Shown: positions 25,453 to 35,906, numbered from the whole stretch's first letter. The stretch: 58,830 bases of DNA, filler included, from Dugesia japonica (GCA_001938525.1; 5 parts of 5 records of this genome joined end to end with filler, not necessarily neighbours in it), one strand, 5' to 3'. A program made the numbers and translations. Notes: a model not told the origin generated them from the sequence alone.

Positions 25453-26026
25453 TTTTATAAGGTTTTAAATAAATTCCATCACCATCTTCACTATATGATT
25501 TTAAATATAATCCACCACCCTTTTTTAAATGTTTTGATGGTTTTAAATTTTGATTTTTTAAATATTTATAAATCGCTTTACCTTGTATTTCACTTATATA
25601 TTCTACTTCATTTTTATTTGTAGTAGGAATAGTAGGAGTAGTAGGAGTAGTAGAAGCAGTAGGATTTGGGATATTAGTATTAGTATTAGCATTAAGAGCA
25701 AGTTGTTTTTCTCGTTCCAACTTTTCATTTTCAAGTTTCTTGTTATAAGCCTCTCGCGATTTTGTAACGACGGATGCAACTGTACCAGTGACAGCTGCAA
25801 CTTTACCAACACCATCAAGAAAAGAAAGTAATGTAGGTATTAAAGCCAACAGTGGAATAAAAGCACCTTCTTTTTCTTGATGTTTTTTAATTTCTTCTTT
25901 TGCTTTTTTACCAATCCAATAATTTTTACCATTAATTTTAACTGTTTTACTAAGATTGGAATTTACTAATTTTCTTAATTCTTCTTCTGTAATATTCTCA
26001 CCCATTTTTCTAAGAAAAAAGATCAT
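25442..26026 (-). CDS. Adenovirus pX-like core protein precursor
   Basis: KEGAFIPLLALIPTLL...; GGGLYLKSY and GDGIYLKPY repeats; PT-rich linker; homologue of 30299-30772. Confidence 0.8.
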   Translation of the reverse strand: MIFFLRKMGENITEEELRKLVNSNLSKTVKINGKNYWIGKKAKEEIKKHQEKEGAFIPLLALIPTLLSFLDGVGKVAAVTGTVASVVTKSREAYNKKLENEKLEREKQLALNANTNTNIPNPTASTTPTTPTIPTTNKNEVEYISEIQGKAIYKYLKNQNLKPSKHLKKGGGLYLKSYSEDGDGIYLKPYKNGH

Positions 26027-26762
26027 TTGTCATTTCATTTGTTAATTGATTTAAATATAAATATGTGTATGGTCGTTTCCAAGTGTGATTTGTTTCATAG
26101 TCATAATCATTTTTATTATTAAATGCAGAAAAAAATAAATCACTATAAAAACTATCACGATCTCTTTTATTTAATCTAAAAAATATAAAACAGTTGCGGT
26201 TATTTCTTATTGAATTTTTATCAAGGTGAAAATATGTTTGGGAAATATAAATCACATTACAATTTGAATGACGACCTCGAGTGAAATAACTTTTTTGGGT
26301 TTCTTGCTTTTCATTTACCACATCATCAAAAATTACAAGATTTTTTTTATTCCTTTTTAATTTATCACAGCGTGTGATGTCTAATGGATTACTACTTAGA
26401 ATTACTTCTATTGATTGTGGTTTTTTTATTACAAATTTCTTTTGAATGAAAAAATCTACAATCTCTTTTGGAGTGTCACAGGAATTAGGAGCGATCGCTT
26501 GCTTCTTAAACATTAATAAAATTTCTTCTTTTGTTAATCCATTTAAAAATCCCTCTTTTAATAATTGCACTTCAAATTGTTTAATTGTAGTTGAATAAAT
26601 TAATAGATTATTATAATCAAGAAAACCGGGTGTAAGTAACATTTGTGTCAAGAGAAAATTTTTTCCACATCCAGAAGACCCAATTATCAACAATCGAAAA
26701 TTACTAGGAAAAAGTTTATTTTTAAAAATTACCTGGTCTTTTTTCCAAACAAAATTACTCAT
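26010..26762 (-). CDS. A32/FtsK-like DNA packaging ATPase
   Basis: GSSGCGKN, LVIFDD, FTRGRH, YISQ; start set at MSNFVW by alignment with element B (the upstream ATG overlaps the integrase). Confidence 0.93.
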   Translation of the reverse strand: MSNFVWKKDQVIFKNKLFPSNFRLLIIGSSGCGKNFLLTQMLLTPGFLDYNNLLIYSTTIKQFEVQLLKEGFLNGLTKEEILLMFKKQAIAPNSCDTPKEIVDFFIQKKFVIKKPQSIEVILSSNPLDITRCDKLKRNKKNLVIFDDVVNEKQETQKSYFTRGRHSNCNVIYISQTYFHLDKNSIRNNRNCFIFFRLNKRDRDSFYSDLFFSAFNNKNDYDYETNHTWKRPYTYLYLNQLTNEMTNDLFS

Positions 26763-26769
26763 CCTTTTT

Positions 26770-27971
26770 TTATAGAGAGGTTTTTTGTAACTCATTCTCA
26801 TAAAATCTTCCAAGAATTCTTTTCCCATTAAAATCTAAAATTTGAAATGTTGGTGGAATTGTTGTATAAATTTTTGTCACAGTATAAATTTTAACAGTCC
26901 ATTTAAATCTATATGGTTTTGCAAATGTTTTTTTAGTAAGAAATACTCTAACGCAATCTCCTATTTTTAATTTTGGTTTTTTATATATTTTATTTTGAAC
27001 TTGTTCTTTTGTTTTACCAGTTTTATATGCTTCTGTTTGAGTTGTTCCAATTGAAGAATGAATTGTGTTGTTGTAGTCATCTACTATTTTCTGTAATAAC
27101 TCAGGGGTGATTTGTTGATTTCCAACGGCAGTAAAATGTTTAAAGAGCTTCTTTTTAAATGTTCTATTAAATCTTTTAGTCTATTAAATCCCTCATTAAA
27201 AGTAGAATAACGGTTAATATTATTTTCTTCACAAAAATCAGTAAATGATGAATTGTAAAATTCTTTATCTTTATCAACCCATAAATTATTTGGTGTTCGA
27301 ATATTTTTATCTAGAATTTCTTCAAATGCATCAGCAACCACTGGACCGGTTTTATTTTTACAAAGTTCAACAAAAGCAAATCTTGAATAAAGATCAATCA
27401 CAGTTAGTATTACTCGTTTATTATGAAATGTTAAATCTGCTGACCAAGTTTCATCGGGTTCACTTACTGTTACTTTTAGAAATTTTCTCGGTTTTTTATA
27501 ATCGCGATGAAGCTTATCAGCCATTTCATTCGTTTCTGTCTCACTCGTTTGTCCTTTATGGTTCACTTCGTTCGTATTTTCTTCTAATTTTTTTATTTGC
27601 TTTAATTTACTCTGTCCTCGTAGACTTTGACCGATCATTAATTTTCCCTTCATTGCTAATTTTACGAGCATGCCTTGAAATCTTTCAGCTAATGTAGGAT
27701 CTTCAATTTCATTAATATCATGAATTAAATGTAAATCTGCAACGTGTTGATCTTTAAGATCTTTTGAATAATAAGCAAGATCGTGTTTCAGTGCTGCTGT
27801 GTCAATTCGATTAACTGGTTCTTCTCCTGGTAATGGGTTATTATTTTCATCAAGTCTAATATCTAATCGAGTTCCCGGTCCTGTATAATTATGTCCTAAT
27901 AAATGTCGTTCACCCGGATATTTTTCCCAAGTAATTGGTTTTAAAATATTACTAACAAAACTTGATTTTTG
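26770..27971 (-). pseudogene. PLA2-integrase fusion, 5'-truncated, one frameshift near 27185
   Basis: Manual translation is open from 27971: GHNYTGPGT...PVNRIDTAALKHDLAY, then in frame WSADL...VIDLYSR...WVD; after the frameshift IERFNRT...GRFYENELQKTSL*. Confidence 0.9.
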
Positions 27972-28015
27972 NNNNNNNNNNNNNNNNNNNNNNNNNNNNN
28001 NNNNNNNNNNNNNNN

Positions 28016-28027
28016 TTAATTAATTAA
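28016..28027. other. Artificial contig linker
   Basis: N-TTAATTAATTAA-N separating elements A and B. Confidence 0.95.
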
Positions 28028-28072
28028 NNNNNNNNNNNNNNNNNNNNNNNNNNNNNNNNNNNNNNNNNNNNT

Positions 28073-30286
28073 GATTTAATAATTGAAGATCCAGTTATAG
28101 ATCATAATCATTTTAATGGTGAATTTAGAGGTTATTCATGTAACACCTGTAATGTTAATGATCTTTCTATTAAAAATTTATTTATACCATTTTATTTTCA
28201 TAATGCATCAGGTTATGACAATCATTTATTCTTTAGAGAATTAATAACTAAATTTCCAAATAAAATAAAAAAGATAATACCACACTCATCTGATAATTAT
28301 ATTTCATTTCAATTTAAAAATATTAAATTCTTAGACTCAGCTAGACTACTTCCATTTACATCTGTAGAAGTAATGGGTAAATTATTAACATCTTCTAATA
28401 ATTATCCAGTATTAAAATCTTTCAATCTAAAACCTAAAAAAGTAATATTTCCATATGAATATGTAAAAGGTAATACTATCACTGAAGTAACTCAATTATT
28501 ACAATCAAGTCGAATACCAAAAAGAAAAGATTTCTTTAATACATTAACTCAAAAAGAAATATCTAAAACTGAATATTTTGAATTTTTAATTGATCTAACT
28601 AAATTTGAAAATTTATGGAATTACATGTTACACTATATGAAATTAGATGTTATAATTTTAACTGACTTCTTAGAAAATTTTAGAAATTCATGTTTAAATA
28701 ATATCCTAAAACTAGATCCATGTTATTCTTATTCAGCTCCAGGTTATGCATGGGAAACTGGAATGTTAAATGCAAATGTAAAACTTAAATATGCTAAATC
28801 TGAAACTTATAATATTTTCTTAACACTAGAAGAAGGAATNCGTGGTGGTTATTCTGGTGTATGTGGTGAACGTCAAGTATTTTCACATAATAAAATTAAA
28901 AATCCACATTCAAGACAATTGAACAAATCACAATATGAAGATCTAATTAAAATGATGAACACTCATGAATTTATTCCAGAGGATTATATTAATAATTTAA
29001 TGGAAGATACATTTATAAAATATTTAGATGAAAATTCTTTATATGCATCATGTATGACAAAACCATTACCAACAGGTGAAATGATTGAATCCAATGGTTT
29101 AATATATGAACCATCAAATGATAATAATAATTTTATATATGAAGTTGACTTAGAATATCCTAAAGAAATACATGATAAAACTAAATACTTTCCATTAGCA
29201 CCAGACAGAATAAATATTAGACCTGAGATGTTAAGTAAATACCAATTAGGTTTTAATAAGAAAATAACAAAAGATAATACTAAATTAACACTTAATCAAT
29301 ATGACAAGAAAAATTATGTATGTCTAGGTTCAACATTAGATCTATATTTAAAACTTGGTATGAAACTAATAAAAGTTCATAAGAAAATTAAAATGAATAC
29401 ATCATCATGGTTTAAAAATCATGTACACAAATTAATAACCTTAAGAAAAGAATCTAAAAGAATAAATGATGTATTTGGTGATTACATTTATAAACTTATG
29501 TTAAATGCATTCTATGGTAAAACACTTGAAAATATTAGAAATAGATGTAACATTGAAATTGTAGATAATGACAAAGATTATCAAAAGTTTGCGGCTAAAG
29601 TTAATTTTAAATCAATAAAAATCTTTACATTAAATGATTCAAATGAAGGTCATATAGCAGCAATGAATATGATAAAAGGAAAACTAAAATATAACAAATT
29701 TCCATATATAGGTTTCACTATACTTGAACATGCAAAATATGTAATGTATGATTTTATATACAATCAAATGAATCCATTAATATCTCAAGATAATTATAAA
29801 ATTCACTACAGCGACACGGATTCCATCTTTGTAGAAATAAAACATAAAGACAATCTTGATAAATTAAATACTTTACTTGGAAATGATTTATTTCAAATGA
29901 AAGATGAATTACCTAATAATGAAATAAATCAATGTAATTTTATAAAAGCAAAATCTTATGCTTACAGTTATGATACCCAAGGTTATGATTCTAGAAATAA
30001 AGGTGTAAAGAAAAATAATAAATTATTAATGAAAGATTTTAATTCAGTATTAGATGATTCTAAGAAAATAATTCATGGTACAAACTATTCATTAAAATCT
30101 GATTGTCATAATATTGAATTAGTAGAACAAAAGAAAATAGCTCTAATGGCATATGATGATAAGCGAATTATAGAAGATAACGGAACGGTAACATGGCCAC
30201 ATGGTAATCAATATTTTTGTGAAAGATGTAACATTTGGCATTTAAGATTAGACTTGATAAATAGGCAAAACCTAAATTGTTTATAA
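28073..30286 (+). CDS. Protein-primed PolB (element B), 5'-truncated
   Basis: Frame open from the contig start: VIDHNHFNGEFRGYSCNTCN, FHNASGYD, KFLDS, YLDENSLY, KLMLNAFYGK, YSDTDS, YDDKR. Confidence 0.97.
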   Translation, partial: DLIIEDPVIDHNHFNGEFRGYSCNTCNVNDLSIKNLFIPFYFHNASGYDNHLFFRELITKFPNKIKKIIPHSSDNYISFQFKNIKFLDSARLLPFTSVEVMGKLLTSSNNYPVLKSFNLKPKKVIFPYEYVKGNTITEVTQLLQSSRIPKRKDFFNTLTQKEISKTEYFEFLIDLTKFENLWNYMLHYMKLDVIILTDFLENFRNSCLNNILKLDPCYSYSAPGYAWETGMLNANVKLKYAKSETYNIFLTLEEGXRGGYSGVCGERQVFSHNKIKNPHSRQLNKSQYEDLIKMMNTHEFIPEDYINNLMEDTFIKYLDENSLYASCMTKPLPTGEMIESNGLIYEPSNDNNNFIYEVDLEYPKEIHDKTKYFPLAPDRINIRPEMLSKYQLGFNKKITKDNTKLTLNQYDKKNYVCLGSTLDLYLKLGMKLIKVHKKIKMNTSSWFKNHVHKLITLRKESKRINDVFGDYIYKLMLNAFYGKTLENIRNRCNIEIVDNDKDYQKFAAKVNFKSIKIFTLNDSNEGHIAAMNMIKGKLKYNKFPYIGFTILEHAKYVMYDFIYNQMNPLISQDNYKIHYSDTDSIFVEIKHKDNLDKLNTLLGNDLFQMKDELPNNEINQCNFIKAKSYAYSYDTQGYDSRNKGVKKNNKLLMKDFNSVLDDSKKIIHGTNYSLKSDCHNIELVEQKKIALMAYDDKRIIEDNGTVTWPHGNQYFCERCNIWHLRLDLINRQNLNCL

Positions 30287-30298
30287 TTAAAATAGCGA

Positions 30299-30772
30299 AT
30301 GAATCCAACAGAAGAAGAATTAGAATCTATAGTTAATTCTAAAAAATGTAAATCTGTAAAGATCAATGGTAAAAATTATTATATTTCTAAAAAAGTTAAA
30401 GATGAACTTAAAAAACAATCGCATAAAGGTGGATTTGCATTTCTAGCAGCAATACCAGCAATTATAACTGCATTAGCAGGAACTGCAGGTATTGCATCTG
30501 GTATTGCAAGTACAGTTGCAAATTCTAGAGATGTAATTAAAAAACAAAAAGAGATTGATATATTAAGTGCTAAACCTGAAACTAAAAATGAAGGTAAAGG
30601 TTTATATCTTAATCCTTATCAAGGTAATGCATTACACAAATATTTTAAAAATATTAATCCAGAGATGAAAGATCTAACAAGAAACTTTAAAGATGGAATA
30701 CAAATAACTAAAAGTGGAAATGGTTTATATTTAAATCCATATAATCCTAATAAAGAAAATAGAGAAGAATAG
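30299..30772 (+). CDS. Adenovirus pX-like core protein precursor
   Basis: HKGGFAFLAAIPAIITALAGTAGIAS resembles the pX C-terminal GG|ILPLLIPLIAAAIGA.PGIAS segment; GxGLYLNPY twice. Confidence 0.82.
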   Translation: MNPTEEELESIVNSKKCKSVKINGKNYYISKKVKDELKKQSHKGGFAFLAAIPAIITALAGTAGIASGIASTVANSRDVIKKQKEIDILSAKPETKNEGKGLYLNPYQGNALHKYFKNINPEMKDLTRNFKDGIQITKSGNGLYLNPYNPNKENREE

Positions 30773-30781
30773 CCTACAGAC

Positions 30782-31651
30782 ATGAACACTGAACAAGTTA
30801 ATAAAAGAATTGAAGAATTAAAAGCTTTAATTAAAGCTCAAGAAAAATATAATAACTTTTTCTGTGGAAATGTAATTGATTCACGAAATATGCAAAGTAC
30901 TTTATCTGTANNNCAAAAACCAACAATTACAGCTATAGAAAAAAGTCAAATTATTAAACCAATAGAAAAATCATTAGATTCAACTAATCTAACAAAATTC
31001 TTATCTAATGAAAATGTAATACCTTTTATTCCAGAATATTCAATTGAAGATGTTAATGCAACTGCAGATTTAACTCAATCAATTATTCCTAAGTTTTCTG
31101 AATTAAAAATTACTGGTGTTGATATCATAAAAAGTTTTATGGAAATAAGTTTAAAAGATAATAATATTTATTTATTTTTTCAGGATGATATTAATTACTT
31201 TTTATTTAAATCTGAAGTTATTCCATATTCTGATGGAATATTTAGAATGATAATAGGAAATTTAGATGGAAAAGAAACACCTGAAGAAATTGAGATATAT
31301 TTAAAATTTATATCTCCAATACCAACTAATTGTAGTTATGTTACTAAATTAAAAAATAAATTTAGAAAAGTAGAAATTATAAAACCTAAAAGAACAACAA
31401 CAAGAAAAGTTAAACCTAAACTAGAATTTGAAACAGAAAAATCAGAATCAGAATATTTAACAGAAAAAGAAGGACAATCACTCAATCCTATTGCATTATT
31501 TGAAAAGTTAACATTATTAATTTCAGCTGTAAAATCTGGACATGATAATCTTAATGAAGATATTAAAACAGTATGTAAAAAACTAAAGACTCTAGCTTTA
31601 ATATCTAACATAATTTATGATAAATATAAAGCTAAATATTTTCGTAAATAA
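30782..31651 (+). CDS. Conserved Polinton protein (probable core protein)
   Basis: 289 aa; homologous to 24607-25452 at N-terminus, PYSDG and C-terminus. Confidence 0.8.
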   Translation: MNTEQVNKRIEELKALIKAQEKYNNFFCGNVIDSRNMQSTLSVXQKPTITAIEKSQIIKPIEKSLDSTNLTKFLSNENVIPFIPEYSIEDVNATADLTQSIIPKFSELKITGVDIIKSFMEISLKDNNIYLFFQDDINYFLFKSEVIPYSDGIFRMIIGNLDGKETPEEIEIYLKFISPIPTNCSYVTKLKNKFRKVEIIKPKRTTTRKVKPKLEFETEKSESEYLTEKEGQSLNPIALFEKLTLLISAVKSGHDNLNEDIKTVCKKLKTLALISNIIYDKYKAKYFRK

Positions 31652-31663
31652 ATATCTAAGGAC

Positions 31664-32342
31664 ATGTCTCATCAATTCTTAATAGTTGGTAAAGAACATG
31701 AATTAATTATGGATTTAAAATATCCTATAGAATTAGATTCAGAATATGAACTTGGATTNNNNNNNNNNNNNNNNNNNNNNNNNNNNNNNNNNNNNNNNNN
31801 NNNNNNNNNNNNNNNNNNNNNNNNNNNNNNNNNNNNNNNNNNNNNNNNNNNNNNNAATAAAAGAAATATCAGATAAATTAAAAACTAAACATGAAATAGA
31901 AGTCATTCCAGATACATCAACAATAAAGTGTAATTTAATAATCCTTAAAGAAGATTTAACTTTTGATGATAAATCTTTCTTCTATAAGATCTTAGGTTTT
32001 AAACCTGGAACATATAAAGTAGGAAAGTATTATTCAGATAATAAAATTNNNNNNTCAAATATTAACATGATAAATGTAACATGTAATATTGTTAAAGGTA
32101 ATTATGTTAAATCTGATAAAAATGAAACAGAACAAATAAATCTTTTATATTCATTTCCTATAAATTCAGTTCCATTTGGTTATAAAATATTAGAAAGACC
32201 ATCTACTTGTATTTATTCTAAAATTAATACAAATTACATATCAAGATTGAAATTTAATGTCATGGATGAAAACTTTAACACTATAGATTTTAAAAATGAA
32301 ACTATTTCAATATTAGTACATCTAAGAAAATATAGACATTAG
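31664..32342 (+). CDS. Minor capsid protein (penton-like), spans an N gap
   Basis: YPIELDSEYELG...ILGF...INVTCNIVKG...LYSFP...GYKILERP...DENFNTIDFKNETISILVHLRK. Confidence 0.85.
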
Positions 32343-32345
32343 AAT

Positions 32346-32398
32346 GGTGCCTTTTATATTTCCAAGGCACTGGTGCCTTTCTAAGGTCCGGTGCCTTT
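32346..32398 (+). promoter_or_regulatory. Triple GGTGCCTTT motif with an inverted copy
   Basis: GGTGCCTTT at 32346, 32372, 32390 and AAGGCAC at 32364 in the penton-protease spacer. Function inferred only. Confidence 0.4.
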
Positions 32399-32439
32399 TT
32401 AAATATTATTATTTTAGATTTTACATAATAAAAATAGCA

Positions 32440-32850
32440 ATGTATAATTTATTAGACTTTTTAAAAACATTTGGAATTAACACAACTACAAATTTTGATT
32501 TATATTCAATTGCTAACTTTTTAGAATTACCTTTAGATATTTATATGAAAAATGAAATCCCTGACAAATTAGATAATAATATTATTTTTAATTATCAAAA
32601 TGAAAATCAAAATGGAACACATTGGACATGTTACAGTAATAATTATTATTTTGATTCTTTTGGTTTAAAACCTTTAGATAAAATATCTGAACATGTAAAA
32701 CTTTATAATGAAATTCAAGTTCAACATTATGGAACTAAAATATGTGGTGTATTATGTATTTACTTTTTATATTCTATTCAACATGAAACATTTGATAATA
32801 TTATATCTGAGATGTTAACACTTTATAATTCATTATTAGAAAATGAATAA
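32440..32850 (+). CDS. Adenain-like cysteine protease
   Basis: GTHWTC...YFDSFGLKP...QVQ...ICGVLCIYFL; start at MYNLLDF by alignment to element A. Confidence 0.92.
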   Translation: MYNLLDFLKTFGINTTTNFDLYSIANFLELPLDIYMKNEIPDKLDNNIIFNYQNENQNGTHWTCYSNNYYFDSFGLKPLDKISEHVKLYNEIQVQHYGTKICGVLCIYFLYSIQHETFDNIISEMLTLYNSLLENE

Positions 32851-35160
32851 GTTTGGTGAAAGTTTAAATATATTAAATACTACACAAATATTAAAAAAGG
32901 TAGATGCTAAATTTAGAACTACAGATGCAACAAATGAAAATAAATATGTAAATGAAACAGGTGACATAATTTCATGTTTAAAAATAATTGAAGATCCTTT
33001 AGACCTCCATGATGCAGTTAATTTAAAATATATTAAAACTCTAGAAGATAAATTAAAGACTCATGAATTAGTTTTTACAAAATTACTAAAACTAGACAAA
33101 ACTGAAATTAACAAATTATATTTAACATATAAAGCTGATCGTTTAAATAATCCAGTGTTAAATGATAAAATTAAAAATCTTACAAATAAATGTTCAGTAA
33201 CGAAATATACAGATATTACAACTGAAATCTCAAGATTAATATCTGAAATATTTCCATTAAAAAAATGTGATCTAATTGATAAATTTAAAACTATAACTCG
33301 AAATGATCTAAATAAAAAATTAACTAAAGATGTTAACATGTTACATGATAAACTTTATAATTTACATGATAATATAACTAAGAAAACATTTGATGAAAAT
33401 ATGAATCTTATTAATATACTTAAATCAGAAGTGGAAAAGTTTAATCTAAATATGAATATTATAAAAAATGAAATTAAAAAAATAAAACCTAAATTACACA
33501 AAATACAAATTAAGAGAATTAATGAATTATATGAAAACTATAAAGAAACACTTGATATAAAAAATATAAAATATTTCATTGATAATTATTTACAGTATCA
33601 TAATAATGATAATTTTTTTGAATATGATTATTATATATTTGAATTTGTTTATAGGGGGGATTTTATTCCATATATTAATATTAATGATAAAACTACTTAT
33701 ATAGAGAATATAGAATTTGAAAGAGGTAATTTTTTTTATAAAAATTCAGATTTTTTTTATAATGAAAAAAACTTTAGTATTTTTTTATATACAAAGATAA
33801 ATGATGAAGTTTTTATAAAGTTATATGTAACTCTTTCTTATAACTTTTCTATTAAAATTAATAATATCAGAAAGACATTTAAAAAAGATAGTAATGAAAA
33901 TAAAGTCATTAATGATAGCTCTGAATTCACGAAAGATAAAAATATAAATTATATTGAAATTGTTTTCTTTAAAGGAACTGGATTTAGGAATTCAATTATT
34001 ATTCCAAAAAAAGATTATTATTTTAGTAAAATGAATAATTTGTTTAAAGATATAAAAAAAGAACTTCATAAATTAGATTTTGATAAATTTAATGGTCTAT
34101 TAAAAAAATATAAAGAAAAATTTGAATATGATACATTTAAAGCTTTTTTTAAATTGTGTGATATTTTTTTTTTTATAAAAAAAATGAAAACCCCGATATA
34201 TTATTTAAAATTAAATGGTATCAAGAAGCTTTTCTTGTAATTCCTTATTTTAGTTATAATGATAAATATATTTACAAATTTGATTTAAAAAGAAAGAAAA
34301 GTAATGTTATAAATATTGCTTTACATACCATAATTAAAAGAAGAGTCAGTATAAATATAGATGGCGCCTGTAGGATAGAAAAATTTACATATACCATTAA
34401 AATAAATATTATTGCTGTAGCATTTTTATGTATTCCAAAAAAAATCACTATGGCTGACTATGTAGATACTATATATAACACTTATATAAATAATGGTAAT
34501 AAATTTAACATTTATAGAGAAACTGAAGAAAAAAATATAAAATATATTGAAATGGTTTTTCCAGAAGAAGTTGAGATAATAAATTTAAATATTAAATTTG
34601 CTGAATATAAAATTCCAGATGAATTAAATAAAGAATATGAAAGAATAAAACCAAAACTTCACAGGATTCAAATAATAAGAATTGATCTTTTAATAAAAAC
34701 TTATTCTGAAAATGAGAATGAGTTCGTTCTTAAAAATATAAAAGATTTAATTGATAATTACTTACCATTTAAAAATGAAAAAGTTTCTAATTTGTTTCAT
34801 CTAATTATCACAGATGAAAATCTTCCGTGTTATTATATTAATGAAAAAGTTGAAAGTATAAATTTTAAAAGAAATGGTGTAATAAATAAAGATTATATAC
34901 TTCCATATTTTTATCTTAAAGAACCATTTATTATTTCTATAAAAACATATTTACCATATAAAAATATATATATTTTAATAACATGTCACACTGGTGATTT
35001 TAAATATAGTATTAAAATAAATAACACTTTACATGAATATGTTGATAAAACATCTCAGTTTTTAAAATCATTTAGTGGAAATATAAACTTTATAGAAATA
35101 ACATTTCCTAAAGGAATTCTTCTTTATAAAATTTTAATTTTAGATAAAATTTCTACATAG
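32843..35160 (+). CDS. Fibre-like protein with three repeated domains; one -1 frameshift at ~34170
   Basis: ORFs 32843-34240 and 34450-35160 join because the second frame is open back to ~34175; repeated KPKLH.IQI.RI...IDNYL...SIKINN...NINYIEI.F.KG domains. Confidence 0.7.
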
Positions 35161-35163
35161 AAA

Positions 35164-35775
35164 ATGGACACTGAAAGTATTTATCCTAATTTGTCCAATG
35201 ATAGAAATGAAAACTTTACAATATTAGATTTAAAAAATAAACTTGCATTATCTAGAATTAGAGATTTTGAAAATGACTTGTACTTTATTAAAGATAAAAT
35301 TAAACATTATAAGAAAATACATAAAAGATGGAACATGATAGATACAAATATAAAATATACACAAATAGGTGTTAGTGTTGGAATTGGAATTACAGGAATT
35401 ATATTAATTACTCCAGTTGGAATTGCAATAACGGCTGTTGGTATACCAGTGATTACAGGTGCAATTTCCATGTTACCTGTAATTGGAACATTAAATACTT
35501 CACTTGTTAAATCTAGAAAAGAAAAGTATGAAAAGTTAATTAAGAAATTAGAATGTGTTAAAAATAAATTATTCTTATTTCAACAGAAAGCAGTACACGA
35601 TGAAATATTAACTGATGAAGAATTAATGATCAGTAAAAATATGGTTAATGAAGTTCATGAGTTGATATCTGGACATAAAAAAGAAAAGTCTAAATCTGAT
35701 GAAAAAGATTTTAAATTATTAATTGAAAATCAAAATAGAATAATTAATGAAATGCGCCTTAAGCTTGGAATGTAA
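35164..35775 (+). CDS. Polinton membrane protein with N-terminal IYPNL
   Basis: 203 aa; long hydrophobic hairpin; C-terminal QQKAVHDEILTDEE shared with element A. Confidence 0.85.
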   Translation: MDTESIYPNLSNDRNENFTILDLKNKLALSRIRDFENDLYFIKDKIKHYKKIHKRWNMIDTNIKYTQIGVSVGIGITGIILITPVGIAITAVGIPVITGAISMLPVIGTLNTSLVKSRKEKYEKLIKKLECVKNKLFLFQQKAVHDEILTDEELMISKNMVNEVHELISGHKKEKSKSDEKDFKLLIENQNRIINEMRLKLGM

Positions 35776-35799
35776 TTACAAATGAAATTAAAATTAGGT

Positions 35800-35863
35800 A
35801 TGTAAAATATTAGATGTAAAATATTAGATGTAAAATGTTAGATGTAAAATGTTCGCATGCGAA
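35800..35863 (+). repeat. Short tandem repeat (atgtaaaatattag x4) and palindrome ttcgcatgcgaa
   Basis: Seen directly in the intergenic spacer. Confidence 0.75.
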
Positions 35864-35906
35864 CAAAAAAAGGTTAATAGGATTAAATTAATTCTTTATA
35901 AAAAAG

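Larger units (their letters stand above)
12860..27971. mobile_element. Polinton/Maverick (adintovirus-like) element A, decaying, right end missing
   Basis: pPolB, ATPase, protease, penton, pX-like and integrase genes in one tightly packed block; several genes broken. Left boundary approximate. Confidence 0.93.

Noticed and set aside
27972-28071. Apparent tandem or nested pair of Polintons
   Set aside because: The two elements are separated by an artificial linker and both are cut mid-gene; physical adjacency is unsupported.
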